Assembly (NCBI GenBank): GCA_963840855.1
Contig: CAWJBB010000030.1
Location: 128,001-192,000 of the forward strand
Direction: 5' to 3'
Length of the DNA: 64,000 nucleotides
From: an uncultured delta proteobacterium
Lineage (GTDB): Bacteria; Desulfobacterota; Binatia; UBA9968
The notes under the pieces are model-generated. The model worked only from the letters and a program-made list of their open reading frames with translations. It ran no database searches and had not been told where the DNA came from. The position numbers and the translations under genes are program-made. Shown piece by piece: positions 9,986 through 20,487 of this stretch; position 1 is the stretch's first letter; every line of letters begins with the position of its first letter.

Positions 9986-11833
9986 ATGGAACTATTCGAA
10001 ACGAAGAGAGATCCCTCGCGGAGGGATTTGATTACGACAACGGCGAGCGCCGACGGCGCCGGGGATAGCTTTGGTCCGGGCACACTGGGATCGGCGTTCG
10101 GCAAGATCCCAGCGAGCTGGGACCTGGAAGCGGATGTCGTGGTGGTCGGTTCCGGCGCCGCGGGACTTCCCGCCGCGGTCAAGGCCGTTGACGGCGGAGC
10201 GTCGGTCATCGTCGTTGAAGCCAATTATGACATCGGCGGGCATGCGATCATTAGCGGCGGCAACACCCCCCTCGGCGGCGGCACCAGCGCCCAGAAAAAG
10301 TACGGCATCGAAGATTCTCCCGACCTCGTTTTCCGCGATCTCACCGATTGGACCATCGTTCAGCCCAACGGCTGGCCGGATTACCGCTACAACGACCGCC
10401 AAGTCATGCGCGCCTTTGCCGATAATTGCGCGCCGACCTTTGAATTTCTCCTCGAGAACGGCGTGGAGTTCAAGGACGTTCCCCCGGACAATCAAGGGGG
10501 CCATAATCTCGGCAACTCGGCGCCGCGGGAGAATCACGCGTTCTGGACCAAAGGCGCGGGATATGAAAGTCCGAACAACAGGCCCGGAACCGGTGTCATA
10601 AGGCCGCTGGAGAACAGCGCCCGCGCCAAGGGCGTCAAGTTTCTCCTGAACCATAAGATGACGAGCGTCATTCGTGAATCGCCCGCAGGGCAAAAGGCGC
10701 CGAGAGTGCTCGGCATCACGGCGGAGTACACGCCGAGAATCATGCCGGGACAGTCGACGCCGCTGAAGAGCTTTCGCTCCGACGGCAACATCGACAGCAC
10801 CAAGCCGGCCGTGAATATCCGCGCCAGAAAGGCGGTGATCCTGGCCACCGGCGGCAGTACCGGCAACGTGCATTTCCGTCGCATGTTCGATCCGCGATTG
10901 ACTGACGTACTTCAGCTGGCCGGGGAGCCCTATTCCTTCCAAGACGGCAGCGGCGAGCTTGCCGCCATGGCCGTCGGCGCGTCGCTCTGGGGTTTCGCGA
11001 ACCAGATTGTGGAAAACGGCGATAATATCCGCACCCAGCGGGTGCTCGGAACCAAGTACAATTACATGACCTGGGAGCTCGAGATTCCTATCTTCCCCCT
11101 GGTAAAGGCCACGGGTTTGAGCGTCAAGGACTGGCACGATTTGATACTGGTGAATCAAGTCGGGAAGAGGTTCTATGACGAGACTAAAGGGGATTACCCG
11201 CACGGCAACGTCTACAAGGAGATCGATCCCTACACACCCAATGATTACCGCAACAACGCGAGCATCAAATACAATCCGTCCAAGTACAATTTTTTCAACG
11301 CCGCGGTGGCGATGAACGAGTACTCGAAACCGCCCGATTACTCCGCCGGGCCGGTGTGGGCGATCTTCGATGCGGACGCCGTGGCACGGGAGAAATGGAA
11401 AGTTACGCCGCCATACGTCGATCCGGATGGTTATTTCTTTAGCGCGAATACGCTTACCGAGCTTGCCGCCGCGATTAAGAATCCATATCAGGCAAGGCCC
11501 ATGGACGGCGCGACACTGGAAGCCACGGTAAAAAGATACAACTCTTTTGTCGACTCCGGCGCCGACTCGGATTTCGAAAAGCCGGCGCCGAAATACCGGA
11601 TTCAGACGCCGCCGTTTTACGCCGGGTGGTCCACGCCGCTTGTTCACGACTGTCGCAACGGTCTCAGGATCAATTCCAAATGCCAGGTGATGGACATGAA
11701 TGGCCAGGTTATTCCCGGGCTTTACTGCGGCGGCGAATCGGCCGGCGGCTTCAACCAGCATGGGCTGGGCCGCTGCACGACTCAGGGTTTCATCGCGGGA
11801 AAAAACGCCGTGGGTGAGAAACCGGACGCCTAA
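9986..11833 (+). CDS. FAD-dependent oxidoreductase (FAD_binding_2; flavocytochrome c/KstD/TcuA-like)
   Basis: [34 protein letters not shown]....IPGLY.GGE; degenerate Tat-like SRRDLI. Confidence 0.8.
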   Translation: MELFETKRDPSRRDLITTTASADGAGDSFGPGTLGSAFGKIPASWDLEADVVVVGSGAAGLPAAVKAVDGGASVIVVEANYDIGGHAIISGGNTPLGGGTSAQKKYGIEDSPDLVFRDLTDWTIVQPNGWPDYRYNDRQVMRAFADNCAPTFEFLLENGVEFKDVPPDNQGGHNLGNSAPRENHAFWTKGAGYESPNNRPGTGVIRPLENSARAKGVKFLLNHKMTSVIRESPAGQKAPRVLGITAEYTPRIMPGQSTPLKSFRSDGNIDSTKPAVNIRARKAVILATGGSTGNVHFRRMFDPRLTDVLQLAGEPYSFQDGSGELAAMAVGASLWGFANQIVENGDNIRTQRVLGTKYNYMTWELEIPIFPLVKATGLSVKDWHDLILVNQVGKRFYDETKGDYPHGNVYKEIDPYTPNDYRNNASIKYNPSKYNFFNAAVAMNEYSKPPDYSAGPVWAIFDADAVAREKWKVTPPYVDPDGYFFSANTLTELAAAIKNPYQARPMDGATLEATVKRYNSFVDSGADSDFEKPAPKYRIQTPPFYAGWSTPLVHDCRNGLRINSKCQVMDMNGQVIPGLYCGGESAGGFNQHGLGRCTTQGFIAGKNAVGEKPDA

Positions 11834-11928
11834 GCGAAGGCTTTGTCCGGGGCGCAATCGCAGCGGGAGACAAAGCCTATTTTGTGAACATCGGAACGCA
11901 ACTCTAACAAGATCAGGAGGGCACGAAA

Positions 11929-12531
11929 ATGAAAGGTGCACCGTTGCCGCCGATCGGCCGGTCGAACACCGCTTTGGTGTTGCATGACATGCAAAACGAC
12001 TTCATCAAGGCGTCGCTGTCCAAGCCCGAAATGCAGGCCGTCGTAAAGCGAACGAAAGCTCTCATCGATCTCGCGCACAAACTGCCTATTCCCGTGATCT
12101 ACACCAGGGTGGAGAGTGATCCAGCCATGACTTTCCCGAAAGAGCGGGCGCCGTACCTAAGCCGCGCGACTCCGCCGATGTGCGTCAAGGGTACTGCGGG
12201 AGCAGAGGTTATCGATGAATTGAAGCCTGGCGCCGATGACTATGTCGTAACCAAGGTAAGATCGAGCGCTTTTCACGAAACCAAATTGGAAACTCTTTTG
12301 AGGGTCAAAGGGGCTTGGATCTTGATCGTCGCCGGAGGCTCGACCAATTGGGGGGTGGAGTGGCTGGCGCGAGACGCCAAGTCCCGCGATATCGTTACCG
12401 TCGCCTTGCGGGACTGCACCTACTCGGCGACAGCCGAAGCGCAGGATGCCAGCCTTGCGAATATCGATGACTTCCTGGGATACGTGATGGACTCCGGCCA
12501 GATAATGGAAATGCTTTCAAAGCCCGGATAA
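11929..12531 (+). CDS. Isochorismatase-family hydrolase
   Basis: ALVLHDMQNDF, KVRSSAF.ET.LE; the usual catalytic Cys position reads WGVE. Confidence 0.8.
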   Translation: MKGAPLPPIGRSNTALVLHDMQNDFIKASLSKPEMQAVVKRTKALIDLAHKLPIPVIYTRVESDPAMTFPKERAPYLSRATPPMCVKGTAGAEVIDELKPGADDYVVTKVRSSAFHETKLETLLRVKGAWILIVAGGSTNWGVEWLARDAKSRDIVTVALRDCTYSATAEAQDASLANIDDFLGYVMDSGQIMEMLSKPG

Positions 12532-12554
12532 CAATTAATAAAGACGAGATCCTC

Positions 12555-12923
12555 TTATCTTCTTCTTCCCTGCGGGCGTCTAAAGAAGGACGGCTTGAAC
12601 TCCTCCCTCGCCCCAGCGGCCTTTTTCAGCATCTTCGCTACCGTTACTCCCATGACATCCACTACATAGTTCGATAGCAAGTGATCGCGCTTACTCTTGA
12701 TCTTTTGCCGGATCGCATTCTTGACCACGGCGTCCTGCCCCGCCGCTCGCAGGTCGTCGGTCACTAGAGAAACAATTCCTTCGCGCCCGCGCGTTGACAG
12801 CCGAAGAGAGAATCTTCCTTCTTGAGTCTGGTCCATCAAGCTGTACTCGAGCTTTTTGTCTATGCTGCGGATAATGCCTCTTAATAGCTCTGCGGTTTGT
12901 TTAACCACGTCACGTTGAGCCAT
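12555..12923 (-). CDS. Hypothetical protein
   Basis: ORF with GGAGG RBS before ATG 12923 (MAQRDVVKQ). Confidence 0.6.
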   Translation of the reverse strand: MAQRDVVKQTAELLRGIIRSIDKKLEYSLMDQTQEGRFSLRLSTRGREGIVSLVTDDLRAAGQDAVVKNAIRQKIKSKRDHLLSNYVVDVMGVTVAKMLKKAAGAREEFKPSFFRRPQGRRR

Positions 12924-13099
12924 GGAACCTCCCTTTGTTTGCGGATCGACAAAAACCCTGGGGTGCCGATCAAGCATTAGAATCACGGACGTAACCGCAT
13001 CTACTCCCGGGGAATCGGGCCAAACCGATTCGCTTCATGCGAGAAAAGAGGGACAACCCGACGCATTGCCCCTCGGACGATTAGCTCTGGACGAAAAAA

Positions 13100-13402
13100 C
13101 TACCAGCGATTATTTCCGCCGTCGCGGCGGCCGCCACCATCGTTATCGCGCCGCGCCATCGGCTTGGCTTCGTTAACGGTCAGGGTGCGCCCGTCGAGCT
13201 GGGTTCCGTTCAGCGACTCGATGGCTTTTTGGGCCTCGCTGCTCGAACCCATCTCCACGAAGCCGAATCCCCGCGATTGTCCCGTAAACTTATCCGAGAT
13301 CACATTGGCCGATGCGACGGTCCCATGCGCTGAAAAGACTTCCTCCAGGCGCGCCCCGGTCACTGAATAAGGTAGCCCGCCAACATATAATTTATTACCC
13401 AT
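13100..13402 (-). CDS. RRM RNA-binding protein with Gly/Arg tail
   Basis: KLYVGGL (RNP2), SRGFGFVEM (RNP1); AGGAGG RBS. Confidence 0.95.
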   Translation of the reverse strand: MGNKLYVGGLPYSVTGARLEEVFSAHGTVASANVISDKFTGQSRGFGFVEMGSSSEAQKAIESLNGTQLDGRTLTVNEAKPMARRDNDGGGRRDGGNNRW

Positions 13403-13875
13403 GTTCTCCTCCTATGAGAGAATGTTTGTGTCTTTAACCCTGAGATTCAGACTGCTATAGGGCAGAACATGGGCAACTTATCTACTGAAACCACGCTCTG
13501 GTCGGATTGTCCTTTAGAGAACGTTTCGCAAGGAGAGACGATTTGCAGGCCTTCAACTCTGTGTCTTCCTCTTTCAGAAGGCCCGTTACTGAAGTAGGAA
13601 TTATAGCGTACGGGTTAGGAGAGCTGCTGTCAACCTTAAGCGCGACTTTATTCTTAGCGTCAAAACGCGCTTGGATCGCGACGCCAAATGAACGAAACCG
13701 CTTCACGGGCGGGGTCTTGACCCCGCTTTCACCAAGGGGATGCTCGTCCCCTTTGACCTCATAATCTTGTTTCCGCCTCAAGGGGCAGGGTTAACATAGA
13801 ATACATCTGGGCAATGTGGGGCGGTCGGTACAAGGCCGCAAGTAACTGCACAGTTTCGAGTAAATCGTGGACAAA

Positions 13876-15072
13876 TTACTCCGCCAGGTCTCCGGCACAG
13901 CGAAATCCCACATCATCGGCACGATTTGCGGGGCCTGCGTACATGCGCCGGCTCGACTTTAGTCGATCCGGATGGTCGTACCAACCGCCACCGCGAATCA
14001 CTTTTCCCTTGCCGCTCTCCGGCCCCTTTGGATTTCTCACGTCACCGCGGGCGAAACTTTCCGCGTACCAGTCCGCAACCCACTCTGAAGCATTGCCCGC
14101 GAGATCCTGCACGCCATACGGGCTATTACCGGACTCGCGACCGCTCACCGGCATGAGCCCTCCCTTGTAAGGACCTTCGGAGGATTTACCAAAGTTAGCG
14201 CGCGCAGGCGTGGGTTCGTCATTGCCCCAGGGATACTTGCGGCCATCCGCGCCGCGCGCCGCCTTTTCCCACTCGGCTTCGGTAGGTAAACGCTTGCCCG
14301 CCCAACGGCAGTATGCGTCGGCGTCGTGCCAATCCACGCCGACCACCGGCAGCGCACCGGTGCTGTCAAGGCGCGCTTCCTGCCAGTGATCGGGCGGTTT
14401 CACGCCGCCGGTATTCTTTAGATACTTAGCATAGCGCGAAACCGTCACCTCGTGCTTGTCGATAAAGAAACCGTTTAAATAGACCTCTCGCAAGGGTGAG
14501 TCTTCATTATCTCCCATGGTAAAACTGCCGGCGGGAATGACCACTGCAGGCGCTCCGTCCTTGCCGGCGGTCTTCAGTTGCGATGCCCGTTTCATCCAAT
14601 AGGCATACGCTCCGACGAAGACCACGCTCGCGGCTGCCACTCCGATTACCATTATTTTCAGGCGTGCGCGCCATCGCGCCAGAGCAATGCGGTGGACTGC
14701 GTCGGTCACACCGGCCGCCATATTGCCCTCGGGTTCCAGAAATGTGATCGCTTTCAAATAGGCGGGGACCTGATCGAAGCCAATCGGCCGCAAAACCACG
14801 GGTAGAAGCCGGCCGGCGGGATGTTCCCAAGTCTTTTGCGCGATACCGAGTTCGGTCAGCGTGTAACTGCCGGCGTCCAGCGAGTTTGGACTCAGCATGA
14901 AAATAAACAGCTGGGACTTCTCGATGGCCCGCCGGATCCGTACATCAAACTCTTCGCCCGGCGGAAGATCGCCGCGATCGAAAAATACGCTGTGCCGCTG
15001 TGCGCGCAGCGCCAGATAAATGGGTTCCACGAGCTTGCGGTCCTCGGCGGAATAGCTCAGGAACACTCTCAT
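13876..15072 (-). CDS. TIR domain-TM-FGE/SUMF1 (C-type-lectin fold) protein
   Basis: VFLSYS...SPNSL..SYTLTEL (TIR); hydrophobic helix; RLPTEAEWEKAARG, DLAGNASEW, RGGGW, GFRC. Confidence 0.85.
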   Translation of the reverse strand: MRVFLSYSAEDRKLVEPIYLALRAQRHSVFFDRGDLPPGEEFDVRIRRAIEKSQLFIFMLSPNSLDAGSYTLTELGIAQKTWEHPAGRLLPVVLRPIGFDQVPAYLKAITFLEPEGNMAAGVTDAVHRIALARWRARLKIMVIGVAAASVVFVGAYAYWMKRASQLKTAGKDGAPAVVIPAGSFTMGDNEDSPLREVYLNGFFIDKHEVTVSRYAKYLKNTGGVKPPDHWQEARLDSTGALPVVGVDWHDADAYCRWAGKRLPTEAEWEKAARGADGRKYPWGNDEPTPARANFGKSSEGPYKGGLMPVSGRESGNSPYGVQDLAGNASEWVADWYAESFARGDVRNPKGPESGKGKVIRGGGWYDHPDRLKSSRRMYAGPANRADDVGFRCAGDLAE

Positions 15073-15560
15073 CGTCCGAATAACAGCACGCAGGCTACGG
15101 ACTTACAAGCACCGATGTCAGGACTGTTTGTAAGATGCATGCGCGCCTGGAGCATTTGAAAACTCGGTTTTCCGAGCTCGTCGAGCGCAAAGATTTCGCC
15201 GTTGATGATGAAACGATCCCATGGTAAGCGATTGAGCGCGTCTCTCACTTCCGGGTAACGGCTGCTAACGGCAGTTTTGTTGCGCCCGAACAGTTCCACT
15301 GAGTCTCCATGGCGTTCGGCCAACACGCGTACGCCGTCATACCAGCCGTTTCTCTTCCGCGCGCACGGACGGTCCCTTCGGCACAGCCCAACTCTTGAGA
15401 ACCCCCTGCATCTCTAGACGCAGGTCGTAGTGGAGGTTGCGAGCGCCGTGCTGTTGAATGACAAAGCGCCATCCCGGCGCGGCGCTGCCAGATCCGAACG
15501 GTTCGGGAGTGCGCTCGGGATCGCGTTTTTTTCTATAGAGATCGAGCTTGGAGACAGGTG
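15069..15560 (-). pseudogene. ligD: LigD relic: phosphoesterase N-terminus joined to a ligase-domain fragment
   Basis: [43 protein letters not shown], then GVRVLA/YPEV/GEIFALDELGKPSFQMLQ; the rest is missing. Confidence 0.8.
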
Positions 15561-15632
15561 TCACTTTTTGAAAATAACCCATGGATTAAAGGCGATCAAT
15601 TTGATAAATATCGCGATCAAGGAGGACATGCT

Positions 15633-16490
15633 ATGCCCCCACGCGCAGTCGGCTCCGGAGCTATTTCCTTTGGCCTGGTCTCGATCCCTGTCAAGCTTTA
15701 TACCGCCGCTTCATCCGAGTCCCCGAGTTTCAATCTGCTGCACGCGAAATGCGGCAACCGCATCCGCCAGCAGCGCTTCTGTCCGGTGTGCAACGCGGTT
15801 GTGGAGCGTGATGATTTGATCAAAGGATACGAATTCGCGAAAGATCAATACGTCAAGGTTTCCGACGACGAGCTCAAGGCGCTCGAAGGCGAAGCTTCCA
15901 AAGCGATTGAAATTTCCGAGTTCGTCCCTCTATCCACCGTAGATCCGATTTACTTCGAAAAAAGCTACTACCTCGGACCCGACAAGGGCGGTGACAAGCC
16001 GTATCGTCTACTGGCGGATGCGATGGGGGAGGCCGGCAAAGTCGCACTGGCTAAGTTCGTCATGCGCGGGAGGGAAAATCTCGTTCTCATAAGGTCGTCA
16101 CAAAAAGGACTCATGCTCCATACGATGTATTTTGCCGATGAAGTGCGCGACTTCAACGAGATCGAAAAAGGCGAATCGGCCAAGATCAGCGGCGCCGAAA
16201 CGAGCCTGGCTATGCGTCTGATCGACGAATTATCGAACGATCAGTTCAAGCCCGAGAATTATGAAGACGAGTATCGGCAGCGAGTGTTGGATCTGGTTAA
16301 TTCCAAGGCGGAGGGAAAGGAAATCACGGTTGTTGAACCTGGAGCCAAGCGCGCGCAGGTTATCGATTTAATGGCGGCCCTCAAAGAGAGCCTGGGAAAG
16401 AAGCAGTCCAAAGAAAAGAAACCGGCCATCCAGGCCAAAGCGAGCGAGTCGGAAAAAGGCAGGAAAAAAGCTCAATCCTCCAAAAAATGA
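15633..16490 (+). CDS. ku: NHEJ protein Ku
   Basis: GAISFGLVSIPVKLY, IKGYE, DPIYFEKSYYL, VIDLMAALKESL, basic tail. Confidence 0.95.
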   Translation: MPPRAVGSGAISFGLVSIPVKLYTAASSESPSFNLLHAKCGNRIRQQRFCPVCNAVVERDDLIKGYEFAKDQYVKVSDDELKALEGEASKAIEISEFVPLSTVDPIYFEKSYYLGPDKGGDKPYRLLADAMGEAGKVALAKFVMRGRENLVLIRSSQKGLMLHTMYFADEVRDFNEIEKGESAKISGAETSLAMRLIDELSNDQFKPENYEDEYRQRVLDLVNSKAEGKEITVVEPGAKRAQVIDLMAALKESLGKKQSKEKKPAIQAKASESEKGRKKAQSSKK

Positions 16491-17308
16491 AACTTTTCAC
16501 CACCGGCGAGGTGGGAAAGCTGCTCAATCTTCCGGATAGTCGTATCCGTTCGTTCGTGCGGGCGGGTTTTCTTGCGCCCGGCCGCGGAAAAAAAAAGAGC
16601 CTTCAATTCACTTTTCAAGACATGCTTTTGCTAAAGACCGCCAAGGGCCTTCTCGACTCACGTGTGCCCGCGAAGCGGATTATCCGCATGCTGTCTTCCC
16701 TCAAACGCCAGCTTGCCCAGGGCCGCCATTTGGCCAGCGTCAAGATTTATGCAGACGGCAAGCGAGTCGTTGCCTGGGATGGAAACGCTCGCTGGCAGCC
16801 CGATTCCGGACAATTTCTATTCAACTTTGACGTCCGCAGCGTAATCCCGACGGCAAACCTGCCGACAAATCGGGTTAAAGCGCAGAAAGAGAGTTTGAAC
16901 GCGGACGATTGGTTCAACCTCGGCATCGAGTTGGAAGGGACATCGTTGAAGGAAGCACAGCGCGCCTATCACATGGCCCTGGCGATCGATCCGCACATGG
17001 CGGTTGCGCACCTCAATCTAGGCAAGCTCTACCATGACGCGAAGGAGCTGAAGAAGGCTGAAGCGCATTATCGAGCGGCCGCTGAGAGCGCGCCCGAAGA
17101 TTCGGCGCCGCGTTTCAACCTGGGTGTCTTAATGGAAGATATAAATCAACCTCAAAGGGCGCTGAGCGCTTATCGCGAGGCGATCAAGCTCGACCCTTGC
17201 TTCGGCGACGCGCACTATAATCTAGGTCTATTGCTCGACAAGCTAGGCAAAAAATCCGAAGCCTTCTCCCACTTGCGTACGGCGCGAAAAATTTACCTGG
17301 GTAAATAA
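16487..17308 (+). CDS. MerR-like HTH plus TPR protein
   Basis: N-terminal FTTGEVGKLLNL HTH; TPR motifs (AHLNLG, RFNLG, AHYNLG); ATGA overlap with ku. Confidence 0.8.
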   Translation: MKLFTTGEVGKLLNLPDSRIRSFVRAGFLAPGRGKKKSLQFTFQDMLLLKTAKGLLDSRVPAKRIIRMLSSLKRQLAQGRHLASVKIYADGKRVVAWDGNARWQPDSGQFLFNFDVRSVIPTANLPTNRVKAQKESLNADDWFNLGIELEGTSLKEAQRAYHMALAIDPHMAVAHLNLGKLYHDAKELKKAEAHYRAAAESAPEDSAPRFNLGVLMEDINQPQRALSAYREAIKLDPCFGDAHYNLGLLLDKLGKKSEAFSHLRTARKIYLGK

Positions 17309-17386
17309 TCAGTCGCTCTCCGTCTTAAAGCTTACTGAGTCCAACCTGGCGGCTTTGCGGTTGCAGATATCGCTCTGCAGCCTCGT

Positions 17387-17632
17387 TTACGACCTCAGCT
17401 GACTATCGATGTGGGCGCAGGCGAATCGACGCATGTAGTCTTCTGCTTCAGTTGCGGTCGAGAAACTTCGCTGGCTGGAGAATTCAAAATGCTGCCCGTC
17501 GGTGAAGTCGATATGACCATGCCATGTCCATGCGTAGGTGCCCCGGTCTTTACGAACTGTTGCGACGATCGCTTGGTTACGGTGCGAATCGGTAATTTTG
17601 TACCTGGATCGTTCCTCATTATTATTGCTCAT
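17387..17632 (-). CDS. Small hypothetical protein
   Basis: ORF MSNNNEERSRYKI..., natural composition. Confidence 0.5.
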   Translation of the reverse strand: MSNNNEERSRYKITDSHRNQAIVATVRKDRGTYAWTWHGHIDFTDGQHFEFSSQRSFSTATEAEDYMRRFACAHIDSQLRS

Positions 17633-17814
17633 ACCAGCCACTCTAGTGCTCTGCGAGTTTTTTAGCAAACACGCATGACCGCGGTTCGGATTCCGGAAAA
17701 AGCAGCAACCCCCAATATTGATCCCTTTGTTCCCGCTCAGGGCGAACGCTGGCGCGCTTAACTTCGTGCATCAATTGCCATTCATACTGAGCGAGTTGAT
17801 TGCATGCGCCCATC

Positions 17815-18045
17815 CTACTTTCTAATTCCCAGCTCTTTTTGCGCCGCGCGCAGCGGTGCGAGGTCGACAATCTCGTTCACGGGTATGTCCCGCGTGAGCT
17901 TGAGCTCTGTCTTCGCTTGCTCCACCACCATGCGCAAACCTTCCTGGGGAATATTTCCGTCCGGACTGAACACTTTCCAGGCGGAATCGTAGGAAGCCAC
18001 CGCATGCTCACGCTCCACCTTTCCCCATTCCATCAGGACCCTCAC
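17815..18045 (-). pseudogene. C-terminal fragment of an ABC substrate-binding protein
   Basis: SPDG.IP..GL..V.EQAK....EIVDLAPLRAAQKELG typical SBP C-terminus; upstream is low-complexity sequence. Confidence 0.55.
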
Positions 18046-18317
18046 GGCACCTTCCTCCTCCCTACCTCTTCCTTTTTTTCCCCCTCCCTCCCCTCTGTTT
18101 CCCGCTCGCCCCCCCTTCCTATAGTATTCGTTAGGGTCAATGCTGAGCGAACGGGTTTCCAATTGTCGCTGAAGGTCAGCCGGAGAATGTGGTGTAACAC
18201 CAGCCGCCTAGAATGAACTCCGCCATTCTCGGGCTTGCCAACTATCGTGGCTATCCGTACAATCCTGCGCCAGACAATACTCCGCTGCATAACGGCTCCG
18301 AGGGGAGGTGCCTAGGT

Positions 18318-18680
18318 ATGATCCGCTTTCAGATTATCGAACGCACCGGAGCGAATCTTCAGAAGACACTCGTCGATGCGATGCGCGCCGGCGAGCTGCG
18401 CACTTTCGAAGCAACCAGGCGGGGTCGACGGATCCAGCATAAGAACGTACTATATCCCGGTTGGATGAACTGGTCTGTCCACGATGGCATGATCAATTGC
18501 GAAGTCGTCAGTCCGTATAAGCCCGGTCGCGAGTGGCAGTTCTTCAGCGCCTTCCTCGGCCGCCTGGCAGATCGTTATGCGGACCAGATCGTAGGCATCA
18601 ATATTCAATTCCCCGCCGAGACGGCAGAGTCCCGCAGGAAAGTGGTCAAGAAGCGCCGGCGCAAACGCCGCGGCAGGTAA
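18318..18680 (+). CDS. Hypothetical protein with basic tail
   Basis: GGAGG RBS; ORF MIRFQIIERT... Confidence 0.55.
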   Translation: MIRFQIIERTGANLQKTLVDAMRAGELRTFEATRRGRRIQHKNVLYPGWMNWSVHDGMINCEVVSPYKPGREWQFFSAFLGRLADRYADQIVGINIQFPAETAESRRKVVKKRRRKRRGR

Positions 18681-18794
18681 TTTTCCCCTGGGTTCGACAT
18701 CACGGCGGCTGAATAATGTGTGCGGCGTTGATAGACTGAAAAAGGAATTTTGTTCCGGTGCATGGCCGGACCTAGAATCTGGGGGGATTCTTGA

Positions 18795-19304
18795 ATGACG
18801 GTACGCTCCGAAACAAAGGGTAGCGTCTGGCAGGAGAAATCACCGGCGCGGCCCGGCGATAAGAACCGACTTCTTTTTGCCAGATTTTTAGCCGACCTGC
18901 TGGACCAGCGGTTCACGATCCCGGGCACGTCCATACGGATCGGGCTGGATCCTATCCTGGGATTGATTCCAGGGGTCGGTGATGTTCTCGCAAATATCGC
19001 CGGCTCGGCCATTCTCGTGCTTGCCGCCCAACTGAACGTTCCAAAAATCGTCCTGATTCGCATGGGGTTCAACATCGCCGGTAACGCGCTGATCGGCGCC
19101 ATTCCGATCTTCGGCGATATTTTTTCTATCTGGTTTCGGAGCAACGCCAGAAACGCCGAATTGCTCGAGCGCCATGCCGTAACCGGAGCACGCCGCGCCC
19201 GGTTTGGCGACTGGCTGTTCGTGACTGGGATCATTTCGATCGTCGTCTTGATTGTGGCCGGAACTCTACTGGCGATCGTCTGGCTCATACGCTCGCTCGC
19301 ATAG
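18795..19304 (+). CDS. DUF4112 family membrane protein
   Basis: LLD.RFTIPGT.IRIGLDPILGLIPGVGD. Confidence 0.85.
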   Translation: MTVRSETKGSVWQEKSPARPGDKNRLLFARFLADLLDQRFTIPGTSIRIGLDPILGLIPGVGDVLANIAGSAILVLAAQLNVPKIVLIRMGFNIAGNALIGAIPIFGDIFSIWFRSNARNAELLERHAVTGARRARFGDWLFVTGIISIVVLIVAGTLLAIVWLIRSLA

Positions 19305-19344
19305 TCTTCCGCGGAGATATCGTGGTTCCGATCCGTTGGAGATC

Positions 19345-20487
19345 TTATCTATCTTGGCATGCTTTGATGTTCGCAGCGCTGAAAAAGCCGCGGTCACCAC
19401 TGTACCAATCGGGAGCCAAACCGAAAGTCTCCTGATGACGCTTCAGCGACGGTGTGACGTGGATGTGATCGGAGGGATTACCTTCAAGCACGCGGTACTG
19501 GGTGATCAAACCGCGGGCACTTTCAGCGAGAAAGATCTTGTGGCCGAACTCCATCGGTTTTTGTACTTTCCCCCGCTTGATCAGATCACTGTGGGGTTCA
19601 AAGATCGAGTAGATTTTCTCCTCGGTTGGAACCTGCTCTCCCTTGAGCACGCGTCGGCTGCTCTGATCGATGACGCGGGTGCCGAGTTGGCAGTAGTGAT
19701 CGATCTTTCTTCGAAGCTCGTTAATGATAATGTCGTCCATCAGGTCAACAGCGCATTGATCTTTGGTCTTTTCGAGCACCGCTCGGGCATTTTGGACGAC
19801 CTGCTGGGTGGTCCCGATGAGTTGGCGATATTTACCCTTTTGCTGGGTGTGGCGTTGCCTCGCTGTCATGCGTTGGATCTCTTGCATGCGACGCTGTGCA
19901 CAGCGTGTGTGGTTAGTAAAGTTATCGATCCCATTGGGAAGAAGTTTTCCGAGACGATCGATGAGCCGCGTCAGGACGCGCACTACATCCCAGAGCAAAG
20001 TATTATCGGTTGGATGATGGATATCGGTTTCGGTGACCGTCGTATCGACGCGCAGTCTCTTGCCGTCCTCCAGTCCCAGATCGACGGCAGCTTTAAGGAC
20101 CAAGTCATTGATGGCTTGTATGGTTTTGGGGTGAAGTTTATTAAAGGCCCGATTGAAAGCGTCATGCTTGGGTACGCGCCGGCTGTAAAAACCCGTGAAT
20201 CGGCGCAGCGTGTATCCGTCAGCGATTCGTTCGCTGAGTTCCCGATAGTCCCAGTTCTTCACTCGCATCAGGATCAGCGACCGAAGCACCTGCGCCGGGG
20301 TCATGGCTGTGCGGCCGGTGGCAGGCTTTTTCAGACCCAGCTGAAGATCTTGGCGCACCGGCTCGATGATCTGTGGCCGATAATCGAGGAAGTCGGACAT
20401 CCTCTTGAGAATCGGGTCGAGATCGATCCCCTGAGTGAGAAATTCCAGATCAGCGAAGCTGACTTGCGGCTCGACGACTCTTGTCAT
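19345..20487 (-). CDS. DDE transposase (ISNCY/IS5-like), C-terminally truncated
   Basis: LRVDTTVTETDIHHPTD, KIYSIFEPH, EFGHK, GDRGF. Confidence 0.85.
   Translation of the reverse strand: MTRVVEPQVSFADLEFLTQGIDLDPILKRMSDFLDYRPQIIEPVRQDLQLGLKKPATGRTAMTPAQVLRSLILMRVKNWDYRELSERIADGYTLRRFTGFYSRRVPKHDAFNRAFNKLHPKTIQAINDLVLKAAVDLGLEDGKRLRVDTTVTETDIHHPTDNTLLWDVVRVLTRLIDRLGKLLPNGIDNFTNHTRCAQRRMQEIQRMTARQRHTQQKGKYRQLIGTTQQVVQNARAVLEKTKDQCAVDLMDDIIINELRRKIDHYCQLGTRVIDQSSRRVLKGEQVPTEEKIYSIFEPHSDLIKRGKVQKPMEFGHKIFLAESARGLITQYRVLEGNPSDHIHVTPSLKRHQETFGLAPDWYSGDRGFFSAANIKACQDR

Noticed and set aside
9992-11941. 649-aa antisense ORF over the flavoprotein, and similar shadow ORFs at 19252-20502 and 29487-30440
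   Set aside because: Typical high-GC antisense frames with no recognisable motifs
13876-14010. FGE C-terminus as a DGR variable region
   Set aside because: No reverse transcriptase or template repeat seen in the window
18040-18120. Polypurine Gly/Arg/Glu-rich coding or triplex/G4 tract
   Set aside because: It abuts a truncated SBP fragment and looks like low-quality sequence
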